Source of the DNA: an uncultured Candidatus Saccharibacteria bacterium
GTDB taxonomy: Bacteria; Patescibacteriota; Minisyncoccia; Phycocordibacterales; DATGWK01
Reading direction: 5' to 3'
DNA length: 64,000 bases
Assembly: GCA_964428845.1 (NCBI GenBank)
Contig: CAYRZH010000004.1
Span: forward strand, 3,228 to 67,227
Under the pieces are notes generated by a model that made no database searches, was not told the DNA's origin, and was given only the letters and a program-made list of their open reading frames with translations. The position numbers and the translations under genes were made by a program. Shown here one piece after another: positions 58,094 through 64,000 of this stretch; the stretch's first letter is position 1; each line of letters starts with the position of its first letter.

Positions 58094-58165
58094 TTGCGGA
58101 GGCTGGATTCGAACCAGCAATCTCAAGGTTATGAGCCTTGCGAGCTACCGTTGCTCTACCCCGCG
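58094..58165 (-). tRNA. initiator tRNA-fMet (anticodon CAU; C1:A72 mismatch)
   Basis: Manual fold: 5' CGCGGGG and 3' CUCCGCA, giving an unpaired C1:A72 that is diagnostic of bacterial initiator tRNA. Anticodon loop CUCAUAA, T-loop UUCGAAU. Confidence 0.75.
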
Positions 58166-58353
58166 ATTTGTCACCATCCTACCACAAAGTTTAGTCGGTT
58201 AAAAGAGGTGTTCGGTAGCGTCTGCCACAGAGTATCGCTCGAGGATTAGGAAAATCTCCCGCTGGGGAGATTTTCCGCTCTCCGAGAGCGATACTCTGTG
58301 GCAGACGAGTTTATCCGTGCGAGGCAAGACGTGCTACTCAAAACCCTCTCGAA

Positions 58354-59088
58354 TTAAATAAACTTAAACTCCTTAAAGACTTCCTCAAAGAGCCTGATCA
58401 CCCTATCGGCCTCCCTTTTATTGATAAGGAAATCCGAGCCTTCGTGGGCGATGGCATTTCTGACTTTGTGCGCTTCCCAGGCGCTATTTAGGGTAGTGAA
58501 ATCACTAGGCTCTACCATCTTTAGTTTCTCGCCGATAGTTTCGCCATGGTACCCCATCTTGTCGAGCATTTCATCGAGAATAATGTCCGCCTCCAAAATT
58601 GCAAGTTTCCAGTCGCTCGGGTTGCTCGAGTTGATATGTTCAATAACTTTTTGCCATTTAGGATTTACAAATTCTTCTGGAGCCCCAGCATCCCTAATAG
58701 CCTTTTCCACATCCGTCGGTGGGGTAAGATCTTTCCTATACTCGGCATCTACCCTCCTCAACTTGCGCAGATTCGAGAAGATTAGCCAGATCATGGTAAT
58801 AGAAAAAACAATCGAAAGTATTTTCAAAACAAACAAAAGAGAAACAAAGAAAGAACCTCCAGCAGAACCAAAAGCATCCGAAAGAGATGTCTGTCCGTTC
58901 AAGAAAGCCCAAAATTGCTCTAGAAAGATAGCGAGAGATCCTCTGGTCTCGAAGAATCTCTCAACCCTAATTGCAATAGCTCCCAGAAGAACAGCTAGGA
59001 CAAAAAGAATAATAATTGGCATCGCTGGATGAGTTTTGCTTCCCCCACCAGACCCAGGCTTGCCTTTAAATTTCTCTTTATCAGCCAT
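58354..59088 (-). CDS. membrane protein with a C-terminal HEPN-like (Rx4H) region
   Basis: N-terminal Gly-rich segment and three TM helices. C-terminal soluble domain contains AHKVRNAIAHEG (R-x4-H). Confidence 0.4.
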   Translation of the reverse strand: MADKEKFKGKPGSGGGSKTHPAMPIIILFVLAVLLGAIAIRVERFFETRGSLAIFLEQFWAFLNGQTSLSDAFGSAGGSFFVSLLFVLKILSIVFSITMIWLIFSNLRKLRRVDAEYRKDLTPPTDVEKAIRDAGAPEEFVNPKWQKVIEHINSSNPSDWKLAILEADIILDEMLDKMGYHGETIGEKLKMVEPSDFTTLNSAWEAHKVRNAIAHEGSDFLINKREADRVIRLFEEVFKEFKFI

Positions 59089-59111
59089 TTTATTAATTAT
59101 TTTTTATTACT

Positions 59112-60560
59112 TTATTTTTCTCCGAGAAAATCTTTACCGATTTTAAAAAGTAGGTCTTCGCGGCAATGAGGTGAAAGAATCTGTAGTCCGAGTGGCAATT
59201 TCTTACCCTCCCTCTCTACAGTACCAGATGGAATGGAAATCGTCGGGATGTTTACAATATTTGACGGAACAGTAAAGACATCTGCCAAATACATCTCGAG
59301 TGGGCTTTGTGATTTTTCACCGATTTTAAAAGCTGGTGTCGGAGCTGTGGGTAAAAGAATAGAACCGACTCTAGAAAAAGCTCTTCTAAAATCTTCGCCA
59401 ATCACTCTCCGCACCGCCTGCGCTTTATTATAATATGCATCATAATATCCTGCCGAAAGCACATAGGTGCCAATGAGTATTCTACGACGTGGTTCAGGGC
59501 CGAAACCTTCTCCTCGCGTCTTCAGATAATCTCCAATGAGCTTTTCCCCTTCCTTATAAAGACCGTACTTTACACCATCAAACCGTGCCAGATTGGAAGA
59601 AGCTTCGCCTGGGAGGATTATGTAATACGCCGGGAGGGAGTATTTGGCGTTTGGAAGTTCTATTTCATCAATCTTGTAGCCGATACCCTTCAATCTTTCC
59701 ACCGAATCATTGAAGTTTGAAAGAACTTCAGGATCAATGCCTTCGACTTCCACAAGGGAGCGTGGAACACCGATAACCATATCTCTAGATTTTTCTGTCC
59801 CCGCCTTTCGCAGTTCATCATATTTTCTGTCTGGAATAGACGTACTATCTTTTGCATCATAGCCGCGTATATGCTCGAAAACTATTTCCGCATCTTCGAC
59901 AGTCTTTGTGATAGGCCCAATCTGGTCCAAAGAAGACCCAAGAGCGATGAGTCCGTGACGCGAGACACTTCCATATGTAGTCTTTAACCCAACACAGCCA
60001 CAAAAGCTCGCTGGCTGTCGTACCGACCCGGCAGTGTCCGACCCAAGCGCCGCAAGAGCTCCTCCCATAGCTACAGCCGCCGCAGAACCACCGGAAGAGC
60101 CACCAGCCACCCTGGTTCTGTCATGAGGGTTCTTGGTCACACCAAAAGCAGAGTTTTCTGTAGAGCTTCCCATGGCAAACTCGTCCATGTTGGCTCTTCC
60201 AAGAAAAATTGCACCGGAGTCTTTGAGTTTTTCCGAAACCGTAGAGCTATAAGAGGCCTTGTACCCGGTGAGAATTTTCGAAGCGGCACTCACCCGCCGA
60301 CCCTCGACCAGGATGTTGTCCTTTACCGCAAATGGAATACCGGTAAGCGGCCCGGCTTTTTTCTCATTTATCATTTTTTGAGCATTCACAGCCTGCTCTC
60401 TTACATCATCAAAAATCTCAAGATACGCGTTTACATCTGGATTTTCTTTTTCTATAACTCGCAGATACGCGTCACAAAGCTCCGGAACACTCAAACTACC
60501 TTCTGCCAAAAGTTTGCTCGCGCTTTTTATTGTGAGTTTGGATGTATCCGCTTTACTCAT
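59112..60560 (-). CDS. gatA: Glu-tRNA(Gln)/Asp-tRNA(Asn) amidotransferase subunit A
   Basis: Amidase signature GGSSGGSAAAVA with the Ser-cisSer-Lys triad context. 482 aa. Overlaps gatC by 4 nt. Confidence 0.9.
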   Translation of the reverse strand: MSKADTSKLTIKSASKLLAEGSLSVPELCDAYLRVIEKENPDVNAYLEIFDDVREQAVNAQKMINEKKAGPLTGIPFAVKDNILVEGRRVSAASKILTGYKASYSSTVSEKLKDSGAIFLGRANMDEFAMGSSTENSAFGVTKNPHDRTRVAGGSSGGSAAAVAMGGALAALGSDTAGSVRQPASFCGCVGLKTTYGSVSRHGLIALGSSLDQIGPITKTVEDAEIVFEHIRGYDAKDSTSIPDRKYDELRKAGTEKSRDMVIGVPRSLVEVEGIDPEVLSNFNDSVERLKGIGYKIDEIELPNAKYSLPAYYIILPGEASSNLARFDGVKYGLYKEGEKLIGDYLKTRGEGFGPEPRRRILIGTYVLSAGYYDAYYNKAQAVRRVIGEDFRRAFSRVGSILLPTAPTPAFKIGEKSQSPLEMYLADVFTVPSNIVNIPTISIPSGTVEREGKKLPLGLQILSPHCREDLLFKIGKDFLGEK

Positions 60561-60868
60561 AGAATTTTCTTTACTTTTATATACCCGCCTCCGCTCTTCG
60601 GCGACGCACCTAGAAGTTTTTCGCTGTAGATTCCAGACTCGTGTGGCTCCATGTCTTCTCGCATAACATTTCGAACTATGTTTGAATGGTCACTTAGATC
60701 TGTCGAGTGAGATATTTCTTCTCTCTGCGCAGAGAGATTTACCTCTTTTATCTGTCCAACATACTCAAGGATTGTGTTGATTTGTGAAGTTATCGTCTCC
60801 TTCTCCTGTGAGGAAATCTCTAGACGCGCAAGGGTAGCGAGTTTGTCTATTTCTTTTGGGTCTATCAT
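60557..60868 (-). CDS. gatC: Glu-tRNA(Gln)/Asp-tRNA(Asn) amidotransferase subunit C
   Basis: 103 aa. IDKLATLARLEISSQEKE..I..ILEYV matches the GatC pattern. Translationally coupled to gatA. Confidence 0.8.
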   Translation of the reverse strand: MIDPKEIDKLATLARLEISSQEKETITSQINTILEYVGQIKEVNLSAQREEISHSTDLSDHSNIVRNVMREDMEPHESGIYSEKLLGASPKSGGGYIKVKKIL

Positions 60869-60889
60869 TTTAGTTCCGAGATAATATCA

Positions 60890-63570
<2,681 letters not shown>

Positions 63571-63580
63571 TTGGAATATT

Positions 63581-63982
63581 TTAGAACCAGTTCAAAAGAT
63601 TGTTCGAAACCTCGAGCGTTTTGGAGGGGCCTGCTCCCCATGTCACTCTCACAGTAACTCTGGCTTCGACGTTACCAGGAAGCTCTTCGATAATAATTTT
63701 TCTAGAAAATCTGCTCAAAGGACTTCCCCCTCCACCTCCATAGCCGTAAAATTTGATCGAATTTCTGCCACTTCCCCCAAAAGTACGATGCTTCAAAGTA
63801 CAATTGTTCATCCCATTGTCAGAACACCTTCGGAGCAAGTTCGCACTATTGGTAAGCAGATGATTGAGATCGTAGTCACAGGCCGTGGCAAAGGTAGTAC
63901 CGCAAGGCCGTCCAGTCTCTATGCCAACCCTAGTAAGATTCTCGAGCCAGTGTGTGGGTGTACCAGCGTTATTTAGAAGCAA
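63581..63982 (-). CDS. hypothetical protein (may be truncated by window end)
   Basis: 133-aa ORF ending with a Gly-rich segment. The start at 63982 lies 18 nt from the window edge. Confidence 0.3.
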   Translation of the reverse strand: MLLNNAGTPTHWLENLTRVGIETGRPCGTTFATACDYDLNHLLTNSANLLRRCSDNGMNNCTLKHRTFGGSGRNSIKFYGYGGGGGSPLSRFSRKIIIEELPGNVEARVTVRVTWGAGPSKTLEVSNNLLNWF

Positions 63983-64000
63983 ATTGTGATCACGAACATT

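Overview
This is a low-GC window with small genes, strong AGGAGG-type ribosome-binding sites and many rho-independent terminators, consistent with a reduced-genome (CPR/Patescibacteria-like) bacterium; that lineage call is inference. The first ~36.8 kb carry core genes (groES/groEL start, secG, RNase J, pyrG, ftsEX, prfB, lexA-dinB, guaB, purA) plus a two-component pair, transporters and six tRNA genes. Several high-GC insertions interrupt this: a two-gene secreted-protein cassette (5.4-7.4 kb), a PEP-CTERM-tailed secreted protein with its own promoter and terminator (16.8-17.7 kb), and three GC-rich structured non-coding regions bounded by intrinsic terminators, which I could not assign to any known RNA family. 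From ~36.8 to 56.96 kb there is an apparent integrative defence island inserted at tRNA-Asp; a large serine recombinase ORF reads into the tRNA 3' half. From left to right it holds two divergent NYN nuclease genes flanked by paralogous promoter/leader RNA repeats, then a complete diversity-generating retroelement (DGR) whose avd gene is on the opposite strand, then a type III R-M system, an XRE regulator followed by a 754-aa unclassified reverse transcriptase, a phage-type primase, and the recombinase. The DGR is the best-supported finding: the template repeat (TR) and variable repeat (VR) are ~130 bp each and differ at ~24 positions in my by-eye alignment, all at template adenines; the VR encodes the C-terminus of a 207-aa target. 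I also found a ~70-nt GC-rich element in three copies, each nested in the loop of a different host terminator hairpin (3' of tRNA-Thr, 3' of tRNA-fMet, and between lexA and dinB). The window ends with tRNA-Met/fMet, gatCA and ligA. All calls are from reading the sequence and ORF translations; no database searches were run.
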